A program made the translations under genes and the position numbers. A stretch of 64,000 bases of DNA, taken from the NCBI GenBank assembly GCA_937952265.1, contig CALFYW010000016.1:206661-270660 (forward strand). Reading direction: 5' to 3'. The DNA is from an uncultured bacterium (GTDB lineage: Bacteria; Patescibacteriota; Minisyncoccia; Phycocordibacterales; GCA-2401445). A model generated the notes under the pieces. It saw nothing but the letters and a program-made list of their open reading frames with translations. It was not told the origin of the DNA and searched no databases. This document shows positions 39,704 to 47,772 of this stretch, piece after piece. The stretch's first letter is position 1. Every line of letters begins with the position of its first letter.

Positions 39704-40306
39704 TTAGAGTTCCCGTAGAAGCATTTGTGATTCACTATTGAGACATGCTTCATGGTCGAAGCCCTCGACCACCATCTTCTCTTCTGCTTTGAGAGGAATA
39801 CCATTTTCTCCGGCATAGTTTGGCTGTACTCCCGCGTAAATCCCCGGAGGCACACTACATCCAGAACGATTCGCCCCGCTCCCCCAGTAATTATAGTCAT
39901 ACTTTCCATCCCAAGGAGTAAATTGTGGCCATGTCATATATGGTCCATTCCATTGTGCCGCAACAATATCTTCCCAATCAGAAGGGCAGTGGTTGCAGTT
40001 GGTACCTGGATTTACATATGATCCTGAAGGAGGCTCTGCGGTTCCTTCATCAGGATTCCATGGAAGAGATTCCTCAAAACCAGGATCCCAGCCACGATTG
40101 ACGTCAGGAGGGTAAAATCCCATATCTGCATAGTAGAGTTCCGTAGCTTTTGTCATTTGCCGTTGGTGGAAGCCAGCTTTTGATACACGCGCAGATTCAG
40201 TTGCTCCCGAGATACTCGTAATAACTACTGAAGCGAGAATACCAATAATTGCAACCGCAATGAGTATTTCAAGTAATGAAAATCCTTTTTGGTGTAGCGT
40301 AATCAT
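39704..40306 (-). CDS. type IV pilin-like protein (prepilin-type N-terminal cleavage/methylation domain)
   Basis: N-terminus MITLHQKGFSLLEILIAVAIIGILASVVI (G|FSLLE motif). Trp/Pro/Gly/Asn-rich globular C-terminus with 4 Cys. Confidence 0.8.
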   Translation of the reverse strand: MITLHQKGFSLLEILIAVAIIGILASVVITSISGATESARVSKAGFHQRQMTKATELYYADMGFYPPDVNRGWDPGFEESLPWNPDEGTAEPPSGSYVNPGTNCNHCPSDWEDIVAAQWNGPYMTWPQFTPWDGKYDYNYWGSGANRSGCSVPPGIYAGVQPNYAGENGIPLKAEEKMVVEGFDHEACLNSESQMLLREL

Positions 40307-40350
40307 GAGAGGGTATCTGGTAGTAACTTCTTTACGATTATAGTATGTAT

Positions 40351-40426
40351 CGTAGCATATGTGGTGCTCTCGAGAGGAATCGAACCTCTATTACAAGCTC
40401 CGCAAGCTTGCGTCCTATCCGTTGAA
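40351..40426 (-). tRNA. tRNA-Arg; my manual fold reads the anticodon as GCG
   Basis: Acceptor GCUCUCG/CGAGAGC, T-loop UUCGAUU, CCA encoded. Anticodon stem CAAGC/GCUUG with loop UUGCGGA. Confidence 0.65.
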
Positions 40427-40480
40427 CGACGAGAGCGGCTGGTTTCCTATCATAAAAGATCACACACCGTCTGTCTACTC

Positions 40481-40948
40481 TTAAAAACCAATTCGCTCGA
40501 GTAATTTTTCAAACAAGGGTTCTTCATGATTTGCCACTTCAAGATGTTTTAAAAGAAAGTCATGCGCCACTTCAAGCATATGAGGGTCCATCGGAATGAT
40601 AAGGTACGGCATGAAAATTTTTTTTGATTTGACCACCAGTTTGGGAGGGTTGGTGTGGACGTCAATTCCAAAAGAAACCAAGCCTTGATACGGGTAATAG
40701 TTTTGGTTAATTCGTATCCCCTCTGAAGAGAGCTCCGTATAGATCTCTTGTGGCTTTCGAGCCGCGATAATAATGAAACTTGCAATACTTACCGCAAGCA
40801 CGAGCGCGAACAACACTTGTCCCACAATAATTGCAGTCGCAACAATTGAGATGCCGAGAATGGTAATAATAATATACCAGTCGGTTGATTTTTTTTGATC
40901 CGCATATTCTGGCGCGTACCAACTAACTTTCTCTTCCATAACCACCAT
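40481..40948 (-). CDS. hypothetical membrane protein
   Basis: Probable start at an internal Met (MVVMEEKVSWY...), which avoids overlap with the upstream SdpI-like gene. Two TM helices. Confidence 0.35.
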   Translation of the reverse strand: MVVMEEKVSWYAPEYADQKKSTDWYIIITILGISIVATAIIVGQVLFALVLAVSIASFIIIAARKPQEIYTELSSEGIRINQNYYPYQGLVSFGIDVHTNPPKLVVKSKKIFMPYLIIPMDPHMLEVAHDFLLKHLEVANHEEPLFEKLLERIGF

Positions 40949-40973
40949 TGTAGCACGAAGCACCGCTTGTATT

Positions 40974-41612
40974 TTAATGATTTCGAGCAAACAAAAAATA
41001 TGAGTAGAGTGCAGGGAAGAGGGAGGCAATCACTACCGGAATGACCACTGTGGTAATGAGGTGTACCTGAGTGGTAAAAAAATTAATAAGCGGAAAAACA
41101 GCCGCGAGTTTAAAGAGCGTACCACTTAATCGGTGGGTTTCATTCCAGATCTCTCGGTCATGGAGCGTCCAGGGGGTTCGGATCCCGATAAACCAATTTT
41201 GCTTCATGTGGGGCATCAAAAGACCAACAATGAAGAAAAGCACTGAAAGGGCAGGGATAAGCATGCGTGTGAATTCAAATGGTATATGAAGGTTCCATGC
41301 GAGCATGAGTATAAAGAGATAAAATGCAAAGATGAACGTAGTGATCCAAAAATAGTCATAGTGTTTTCGAAAAGCGTGAATATTTTTTTGTAAGGGATCA
41401 ATTTTGGGAATAAGTATATAAAGCCCCATGAGCACCATAAGGATTGCTGGTATTAAAAAAATACCAAAAAATTTTGGCATAAAACGTTGAGCTTCTCCCA
41501 GCGCATTCCAGTGGGATGCGATGTGGTTTGGGAGAGCGGGGTAGATGGCGACCCCAATCATGATACTGAGAAATACGGTACTCGCGAGAATCGTTAGTGT
41601 TGTGTTTTTCAT
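40974..41612 (-). CDS. SdpI/YhfL-family membrane protein
   Basis: Multi-TM protein containing the family signature NWFIGIRTPWTL. Start chosen at MKNTTLTIL. Confidence 0.55.
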   Translation of the reverse strand: MKNTTLTILASTVFLSIMIGVAIYPALPNHIASHWNALGEAQRFMPKFFGIFLIPAILMVLMGLYILIPKIDPLQKNIHAFRKHYDYFWITTFIFAFYLFILMLAWNLHIPFEFTRMLIPALSVLFFIVGLLMPHMKQNWFIGIRTPWTLHDREIWNETHRLSGTLFKLAAVFPLINFFTTQVHLITTVVIPVVIASLFPALYSYFLFARNH

Positions 41613-41755
41613 ACCACGATGAGAAGTGTGATACCAAAAACTAAGAAGATGCAAGAAAATGTTCCGAGCACTATTTTTTCTTTTTTTGTTAAGTATTTAA
41701 AAAAGAAAAACATATGGTACGTTCACTCATTCTAGCACACTACGTTTTGAACGTG

Positions 41756-42253
41756 TTATATCTTTCTTGAATCGTAAGCCCAGTGGAGGAGTGATTGTCG
41801 CTGTTTTGCTCTGCAGGAGAAATCTTTCGGACGGCAATTTTTTACAATTTGCGCGAGGTGTCTTTGATAGAAACGCCATCTTTTTATCTGTCGAAGATCA
41901 TCGGTGCTTCGTCTTCCGAGGTAATATCTGCAATACCACTGAAACCAACCTCGAGGATCTTGCGGGTGAACCCACCCCTTTTTCTGCCACACCTCAAGTG
42001 GTTGGCTCGCCTGTATTTTAAAATAATTGAGTTCTTTATATGCTTTTCCGTCGGGGGATAGTTTTGCGTTTTTAAACCATGAAGCAGGGAATTCAGAAGG
42101 TTTGTCGCTAAAATACGCTCCCCCAAATACACCCAACTGAAGCATCTCTGGTGGAGTGAGATCGGGTTTAAATGTTGGATCAAAGTTTTTTCCCACTGGT
42201 TCGGTGTAGGTGGGACGAGCTTCTTTTTTTTGGCTTTCGATACCAGCATTCAT
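41756..42253 (-). CDS. hypothetical protein (Trp/Arg-rich C-terminus)
   Basis: 165 aa. No TM and no recognisable motif. Confidence 0.35.
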   Translation of the reverse strand: MNAGIESQKKEARPTYTEPVGKNFDPTFKPDLTPPEMLQLGVFGGAYFSDKPSEFPASWFKNAKLSPDGKAYKELNYFKIQASQPLEVWQKKGWVHPQDPRGWFQWYCRYYLGRRSTDDLRQIKRWRFYQRHLAQIVKNCRPKDFSCRAKQRQSLLHWAYDSRKI

Positions 42254-42318
42254 AAGCTATTTTCTCAATGTAGGCCACGGAATCATAATGCTGGTTCTCT
42301 TCTTAATTGTCCCACTGG

Positions 42319-42404
42319 GCGGAGGGGGTGGGATTCGAACCCACGGTCCGGTTTCCCAGACTCCAGTTTTCAAGACTGGTACATTCGACCACTCTGTCAC
42401 CCCT
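42319..42404 (-). tRNA. tRNA-Ser (anticodon UGA)
   Basis: Acceptor GGAGGGG/CCCCUCC, anticodon loop CUUGAAA, long variable arm, T-loop UUCGAAU. Confidence 0.8.
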
Positions 42405-42501
42405 CCAATACACTCTAGGCTATCATATCAGAATGCATATATCTCGCAATTAAAATAAGGCACGCAGTACTTTTTTAATTAGTTTAGGGTAAGATAGCAG
42501 T

Positions 42502-42885
42502 ATGCGATTGATTGGTATTGATTATGGGACAAAACGTGTCGGTATCGCACTTTCTGATCCAGGGAGCACCTTTGCTTTGCCGTATAAGGTGATTCCTCGA
42601 GATGTGAATTTGGTAGCATTCCTTTTGGAATTGTGTAAGGAGAAGGAGGTTTGGCATGTGATACTCGGTGAATCTCTCAACCAGGAAGGAGTTCCAAATT
42701 CGGTAATGAAAGGTATTATAGAGCTTAAGCGGGAGCTTGAAGAAAAAGGGCTTACGGTGTCTCTGGAGAGCGAGGGTTTTACTTCATTTGAAGCAGAACG
42801 GTATCAGGGTAAACATGAGTATACGGACGCGTCTGCGGCGGCACTTATTTTACAACGGTATCTTGATAAAAATAATACCTTATGA
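42502..42885 (+). CDS. ruvX: YqgF/RuvX-like putative pre-16S rRNA nuclease (RuvC-like resolvase fold)
   Basis: MRLIGIDYGTKRVGIALSD... is the canonical YqgF N-terminus. Confidence 0.85.
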   Translation: MRLIGIDYGTKRVGIALSDPGSTFALPYKVIPRDVNLVAFLLELCKEKEVWHVILGESLNQEGVPNSVMKGIIELKRELEEKGLTVSLESEGFTSFEAERYQGKHEYTDASAAALILQRYLDKNNTL

Positions 42886-43086
42886 ATTTTGTTTGACGAA
42901 TTCAAAAATAATAAATTCTCGTATGTTTAGGGAGCGCCTCGGTAATATAATGCTTTAAATAGAGCTCATTTTGACTATTGACTTCAAATAAATAATATGC
43001 TATTCTACAAATAGAAACGGAAAATCGGTCACCAGGACCAACTTCGACCGTTCTTTGGTAAAACCTATAAAGAAGAAAGAATTGTT

Positions 43087-43899
43087 ATGGCGACAAAGCA
43101 CGTTGTTACTGGCGAGCATGCATTGAAGATCGGAAACAGGTTGGCGGAGATTCAACGGCAAGTATTCCTTCAAAAAGAATACGCCCACGACCCCGAAGAT
43201 TTGATTCGGCATCTCCAATGCGCGACTGAAGGTGAGTTTGTCGGAAATGAAGCAAAGAGTACCGTGGGGATCGCGGAACCGCAAATCATCATCCCCAACC
43301 TCCGCTCTATCGCCCCCACTCTCGCCGACTGGCTCAAAGCCCGTGAAGAACTTCACAAGTTTTTTACCGGCGAAACGATAATCTTGCGGGACATCTTCGC
43401 CTTTGAAGAGGCTGATCTTGACCGCACCGACATTATGCCCGCTTTCCGTCCAGCCGGTGCCACAAACCGTGATGTTGTAGACTGGAAGAAAAAGCTCGGT
43501 GTTGTGGTGTATGAAGAAGCTGACGTGATGAAGTATTCAGGTAGTACAGGTTCAAAAGAATCCGAACTTCTCCTCGTCAATCGTTCCCTTTGTCCGGACG
43601 ACGACACTTTGGACGATAATGCCAAAACACCGGATCAATTGATCCAAGTTCCAAACAGACTTTGGCTCCACCTCTTCGACTGGTGCGATGCCGACAACAT
43701 TCATTTTGTGGTAACAGATGAACATCTGGATCTGCAAACATGGACCTGGTTTCCACATGACCGCCTTCCCGGCGGCGCGGTCGCGTGTGGTGGCTGGGGT
43801 CCAGTCAACCGCGGGGTTTACCTCTACTGGGGCTGTCGCGGCTACCGCGGCGGCCTCTACGGTGCTCGTTCAACAAAAAAGGTTCCCCTCAAAACTTAA
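43087..43899 (+). CDS. DGR target (variable) protein with a C-terminal C-type-lectin-like VR-encoded region
   Basis: 270 aa. C-terminal FPHDRLPGGAVACGGWGPVNRGVYLYWGCRGYRGGLYGARS parallels the TR-encoded RLPGGGVAYGNWNPDNRKVYLNWNYRDNRNGNYGARS; the ...GARS ending resembles known DGR CLec-fold VRs. No signal peptide or TM is evident. Confidence 0.75.
   Translation: MATKHVVTGEHALKIGNRLAEIQRQVFLQKEYAHDPEDLIRHLQCATEGEFVGNEAKSTVGIAEPQIIIPNLRSIAPTLADWLKAREELHKFFTGETIILRDIFAFEEADLDRTDIMPAFRPAGATNRDVVDWKKKLGVVVYEEADVMKYSGSTGSKESELLLVNRSLCPDDDTLDDNAKTPDQLIQVPNRLWLHLFDWCDADNIHFVVTDEHLDLQTWTWFPHDRLPGGAVACGGWGPVNRGVYLYWGCRGYRGGLYGARSTKKVPLKT
43761..43872 (+). repeat. DGR variable repeat (VR)
   Basis: Aligns base-for-base with 44129-44240. 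Differences are concentrated at positions where TR has A. Confidence 0.8.
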
Positions 43900-43922
43900 A
43901 CCTTGTTTTCTTAACCCTTACC

Positions 43923-43950
43923 AACACCACTCTGGGAACAGAGTGGTGTT
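43923..43950 (+). promoter_or_regulatory. 12-bp GC-containing hairpin with GGAA tetraloop downstream of VR (DGR homing-associated stem-loop / target-gene terminator)
   Basis: AACACCACTCTG-GGAA-CAGAGTGGTGTT followed by TTGTTG. It lies 50 nt past the VR end. Confidence 0.55.
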
Positions 43951-44128
43951 TTGTTGTACAATAACAACGGCTGTTAAATTGGTCCGCCTATAGCAAGATA
44001 ACAATTTGCCGATATGTAGAAATTGCTTGTCGCGTCTTTACACTATGCCCGCTCTGCCACGGAGGAAACGCAGAAAATCTTCCCAAAAGATTTTTGGTGA
44101 AATGGACAAAGCGCGACAAAATGAGCCT

Positions 44129-44240
44129 CCGCCTTCCCGGCGGCGGGGTCGCGTACGGTAACTGGAATCCAGACAACCGCAAGGTTTACCTCAACTGGAA
44201 CTATCGCGACAACCGCAACGGCAACTACGGTGCTCGTTCA
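44129..44240 (+). repeat. DGR template repeat (TR)
   Basis: Non-coding copy of VR, rich in AAC codons in the VR reading frame (NWNPDNR...NWNYRDNRNGNY). 26 adenines, 18 of them substituted in VR. Confidence 0.8.
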
Positions 44241-44263
44241 GAAATTTCTTGCAAAAAGAGCCG

Positions 44264-44638
44264 TTACGGCTCTTTTTGTTGTGTTTGGGAAATAAACCAG
44301 CCACTTAACATTCTTCCAATTTCTACAGTTTGTGATGACAGGTATAAATATTGTTTCTCGGCGAGTATTTTAAGCTCAAATTCCGTTCTGATTAAATTAG
44401 CTAAAGTTTGCTGAAGAGTCCTAGTGGCCGATATGAACTCAATCTTTCTGACATCTCTTTTATTTGTTAGTGTGGCTTTTATAGAGTGTTTGAGCAAAGT
44501 CAGGCACTCTTTTTCAATATCCGCATGTATCCCCAGCTTATCCCTTTTCGACAGTTTCTGTCCTATAGTATAAATATCTTTATGCAAAATCCTAATCTTA
44601 TGAATAACAGCGGGAGTCTTGTCGGGGGGGGTACTCAT
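44264..44638 (-). CDS. Avd-like four-helix-bundle protein (DGR accessory variability determinant candidate), opposite strand
   Basis: 124 aa, basic. C-terminal ...FISATRTLQQTLANLIRTEFELKILAEKQYLYLSSQTVEIGRMLSGWF matches the four-helix-bundle / 23S-rRNA-IVS protein family pattern. Lies between TR and RT but on the minus strand. Overlaps the RT 5' end across a G8 homopolymer. Confidence 0.45.
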   Translation of the reverse strand: MSTPPDKTPAVIHKIRILHKDIYTIGQKLSKRDKLGIHADIEKECLTLLKHSIKATLTNKRDVRKIEFISATRTLQQTLANLIRTEFELKILAEKQYLYLSSQTVEIGRMLSGWFISQTQQKEP

Positions 44639-45688
44639 AGTTTGAATTTTTATGATGTAATTTGTCTTGAAAACCTCTTTAGAGCTTGGCGTAATTTCAG
44701 CAGAGGGAAGAGAGATAAAAGGGGAATTGGGGAGTTTGAGTTAAGAGTTGAAGAAAACCTTTTTTCTTTACATGAATTTTTAAAATCTGGAAATTGGACA
44801 CATGATCCTTACGTTCAAAGAAAGATATCAGATCCGAAACCTAGAATCATACATATTGCATCTGTTCGGGATAGGGTTCTCTTTCAAGCCACATACCAAA
44901 AATTGTATCAGATTTTCGATAAAACATTTATCCACGATTCCTATGCTTCTCGCAATTTCAAGGGCACTCACGCGGGTGTAAAGAGGTTTGAAGTTTTTGC
45001 AAGAAAAGTTTCTGAAAATCATACAAAGCCGGCTTTTGTCCTAAAATGCGACATCAGAAAATTCTTTGACAATATTGACCATGAGATTCTTTTTGATTTT
45101 ATAAAGGGAAGGATCAAAGACGGAAGACTGTTGAAGCTTATTTGGAAGATAGTTTCCTCCTTTGAAGCATCGCCCCACAAAGGATTGCCGCTTGGAAACG
45201 TAACCAGCCAGCTTTTTGCAAATATTTATTTAAACGATTTGGATCAATTGGTTAAGCACGAGCTTAAGCAAAAATATTATATCCGCTACTGCGATGATTC
45301 CGTTATGTTGAGCAACGACAGAGATGAAATTGAAAAAGTGGTCAGCACATTACGGAATTATCTAAAAGGAAACTTAAAACTTGAGCTTCATCCAAACAAA
45401 ATTACGATAAGAAAATTGAGACATGGAACTGACTTTCTCGGGTATGTTTCATTGCCTCATTACAGAGTTTTGCGAACAAAAACAAAAAAAAGAATGCTGA
45501 AGAGGTTGCGAGCTTTGGCAAACACTATAAAAACTAAAGATAATTTAGAAAAAATTCTGCCTATTATACGATCATATTTGGGAATGTTGTCCCACTGTAG
45601 GTCAGAAAAGGTGGTTAAAAGACTGAAAAATTATTGGCCTAGTAATTTAAATGGTATGATTATGGAACAATTTTATGATAACTTTTGA
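44600..45688 (+). CDS. DGR-type reverse transcriptase
   Basis: The tracked ORF starts at 44486; the likely start is the ATG at 44600 or 44582. N-terminus NFYDVICLENLFRAWRNFSRGKRDKRGIGEFELRVEENL..., motif GTHAGVKRFEVF, finger/palm LPLGNVTSQLFANIYLNDLD (the SQ motif replacing QG is characteristic of DGR RTs), catalytic RYCDDSVML. No maturase or endonuclease domain. Confidence 0.85.
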   Translation: MNNSGSLVGGGTHSLNFYDVICLENLFRAWRNFSRGKRDKRGIGEFELRVEENLFSLHEFLKSGNWTHDPYVQRKISDPKPRIIHIASVRDRVLFQATYQKLYQIFDKTFIHDSYASRNFKGTHAGVKRFEVFARKVSENHTKPAFVLKCDIRKFFDNIDHEILFDFIKGRIKDGRLLKLIWKIVSSFEASPHKGLPLGNVTSQLFANIYLNDLDQLVKHELKQKYYIRYCDDSVMLSNDRDEIEKVVSTLRNYLKGNLKLELHPNKITIRKLRHGTDFLGYVSLPHYRVLRTKTKKRMLKRLRALANTIKTKDNLEKILPIIRSYLGMLSHCRSEKVVKRLKNYWPSNLNGMIMEQFYDNF

Positions 45689-46001
45689 CGAATTCAATAA
45701 ACTAAATCTCGTGGTTGCAACAGTGACACATGTTGCGCGTGTTCCTGATACCGATCGCTTACTCAAACTTACCCTTAATATCGGCCAATCTGAACCACGG
45801 ATTGTCGTATCAGGCATCGCAGAACACTTTCCCAATGAAACAGAGCTTGTGGGTAAACAAGTGGTAGTACTCGCCAATCTTGAACCGCGGACTATTCGAG
45901 GTATTGAGAGCCAGGGAATGATTTTAGCGGTATCAGGGGATGATTCTTTTGCGCTCATTACCCCCACATCTTCAGTACCTCCCGGGAGCACCATTAGTTA
46001 A
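45675..46001 (+). CDS. tRNA-binding domain protein (Trbp111/CsaA-like, MetRS C-terminal-domain fold)
   Basis: KLNLVVATVTHVARVPDTDRLLKLTLNIGQSEPRIVVSGIAEHFPNETELVGKQVVVLANLEPRTIRGIESQGMILA matches the tRNA-binding OB-fold family. Confidence 0.75.
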   Translation: MITFDEFNKLNLVVATVTHVARVPDTDRLLKLTLNIGQSEPRIVVSGIAEHFPNETELVGKQVVVLANLEPRTIRGIESQGMILAVSGDDSFALITPTSSVPPGSTIS

Positions 46002-46600
46002 TGGAACCATATCTTTTAAAATACAAAGTGCGTGTACGGGAATGGGTGTTACGACACGCACGGGGGAAATACGCACTGGTCTGGTTGAGTGTGGTGTCAT
46101 TTACGGAGTCTTCTTTTTTTCTTATTCCACCCGACATCTTGCTCATCCCTCTTATCTTAGCGGGGACTCAAAGATGGTATTACTACGCAAGCATTACCAC
46201 GATCACCTCGGTCCTCGGGGGGGTGTTTGGATATCTCATCGGAGCCTTTTTCTTTGAGCTTGTTGGAAGGGAATTGGTTGAACTGTATCATCTAGGGGAG
46301 GAATTATTGATTGTTGAAACATGGTTTCAATCAAACGCTTTTCTGGCAGTGTTTCTTTCAGCGTTTACTCCCATACCCTATAAGATTTTTACTATTGGAG
46401 CGGGACTTTTTGGTGTGTCTTTCTTTGTGTTTCTCATCGCGTCTCTTCTGGGGCGCGGATTGCGCTACTTTCTTTTTAGTTACCTGTTCCATGTTTTTGG
46501 AGAACGTATCGGAAAAATTATTTTTCGTTACTTCAACATACTTTCATTGCTCGGAGCGCTACTCCTCATCGCGTTTCTCATCATTCGTTTCGCCGCTTAA
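46001..46600 (+). CDS. YqaA/DedA-like (SNARE-associated) membrane protein
   Basis: 199 aa, multi-TM, FLIPPDILLIPLILAG motif typical of the family. Start overlaps the upstream stop (TAATG). Confidence 0.55.
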   Translation: MEPYLLKYKVRVREWVLRHARGKYALVWLSVVSFTESSFFLIPPDILLIPLILAGTQRWYYYASITTITSVLGGVFGYLIGAFFFELVGRELVELYHLGEELLIVETWFQSNAFLAVFLSAFTPIPYKIFTIGAGLFGVSFFVFLIASLLGRGLRYFLFSYLFHVFGERIGKIIFRYFNILSLLGALLLIAFLIIRFAA

Positions 46601-46657
46601 CCCACAGGAGATGTAGTCTCTGTGTGCTATACTATAAAATATTAAGGGAGCTTTTTT

Positions 46658-47755
46658 ATGAGCGAAGCATCAGGACTTCTTAAATTATTTCCTCCACCAA
46701 AATTTTTAGAAATGCCAAGTGTGGGGTTAGACCTTTCTGATAACTCAGTTCGGTTTATTGATCTTGCGCGAAATAAAGAAACATTTTCAATTCTACGGCA
46801 CGCGCGCGAAGCGCTTCCCAAAGGTGCGATTGTAGGTGGAGAAATTAAAAATCCTGCGGCGCTTACTGAAAAATTAAAAACATTTAAGGAAAAACATGAT
46901 CTGCACTTTGTCCGCACCGCGCTTCCTGAAGAAAAAGCATATCTTTTCATGCTAGAACTCCCGCGCATGCCACACGAAGAAATCGGGAGCGCAATTCAAT
47001 TTCGACTTGAGGAGAATGTCCCGATTGAGCCACAAAATGCAATGTTTGATTATTGCATACTCAAGCATGTAGATACGGTATCACCCAAAGCGCTCCCCGT
47101 GGCAGTATCGGTATTTGATCGAAGCCTTATTGACCAGTACGTCGCGGCGTTTCTTTCTGCGGGATTAGTACCGCTTTCTTTTGAGCTTGAATCACAGGCG
47201 GTGGCACGATCAATTATTCCGCATAATAATCCGGCGACAACGATGATTGTTGATTTTGGGCAAACCAGGACCACGCTGGCTATGGCAAACGGGCATGTCA
47301 TTTCTTTTACTTCCACGGTTGAGATGGGGGGGAGTATGCTTACCAGCGCAATCCAAGAACACTTCTCTGTTTCTTTTGAGGAAGCAGAACGTATGAAGCG
47401 CGATCGAGGGCTTATTAAAAGCAGAAATAATAAAGAATTATATGAATTGCTACTTGAAAAAGTGGCAGTAATTAAAGAGGCAATCAACCGGCATTATGAG
47501 TATTGGCATACTCGACACGAATCTTCTGGTGCGGCACACGTGAAAGATCACTTAACAAAGATAATTTTGTGTGGCGGTGATTCATGTCTACCTGGTTTTT
47601 TTGAATATCTATCAGGCAATGTACCAATACCCGTTGAGATGGCAAATGTATGGATCAATCTCTTTTCGCTCGATGAACATATTCCTGATATTTCATTCAA
47701 TGATTCGATGGGGTACGCAACGGCAATTGGTTTAGCGCTCGATGAACATTTATAG
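46658..47755 (+). CDS. pilM: type IV pilus assembly protein PilM (actin-like ATPase fold)
   Basis: VGLDLSDNSVRFIDLARN (the GxDIG-like motif), MIVDFGQTRTTLAMA, and a C-terminal actin-fold region. Confidence 0.8.
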   Translation: MSEASGLLKLFPPPKFLEMPSVGLDLSDNSVRFIDLARNKETFSILRHAREALPKGAIVGGEIKNPAALTEKLKTFKEKHDLHFVRTALPEEKAYLFMLELPRMPHEEIGSAIQFRLEENVPIEPQNAMFDYCILKHVDTVSPKALPVAVSVFDRSLIDQYVAAFLSAGLVPLSFELESQAVARSIIPHNNPATTMIVDFGQTRTTLAMANGHVISFTSTVEMGGSMLTSAIQEHFSVSFEEAERMKRDRGLIKSRNNKELYELLLEKVAVIKEAINRHYEYWHTRHESSGAAHVKDHLTKIILCGGDSCLPGFFEYLSGNVPIPVEMANVWINLFSLDEHIPDISFNDSMGYATAIGLALDEHL

Positions 47756-47772
47756 AAAATTATAACAATGGC

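Larger units (their letters stand above)
43087..45688 (+). mobile_element. diversity-generating retroelement (DGR) cassette: target gene with VR, TR, Avd-like gene, reverse transcriptase
   Basis: See the component features. VR and TR are 112 nt with 20 mismatches, 18 of them at TR adenines. The RT carries the DGR-type ...GNVTSQLFANIYL motif. A GC hairpin lies downstream of VR. Confidence 0.85.

Noticed and set aside
41756-42253. Overlapping plus-strand ORFs 41767-42061 and minus-strand alternate frame 41884-42249
   Set aside because: Nested within or antisense to the single longest ORF and have biased, non-protein-like composition. Only the 165-aa reading is kept, and that with low confidence.
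43000-43356. 118-aa minus-strand ORF
   Set aside because: Antisense to the 5' end of the DGR target gene and its promoter region. No supporting features.
44094-44414. 106-aa ORF covering the template repeat
   Set aside because: The region is the DGR TR, a non-coding template. The ORF exists only because TR copies the VR reading frame; it has no RBS context and overlaps the Avd-like gene and the hairpin.
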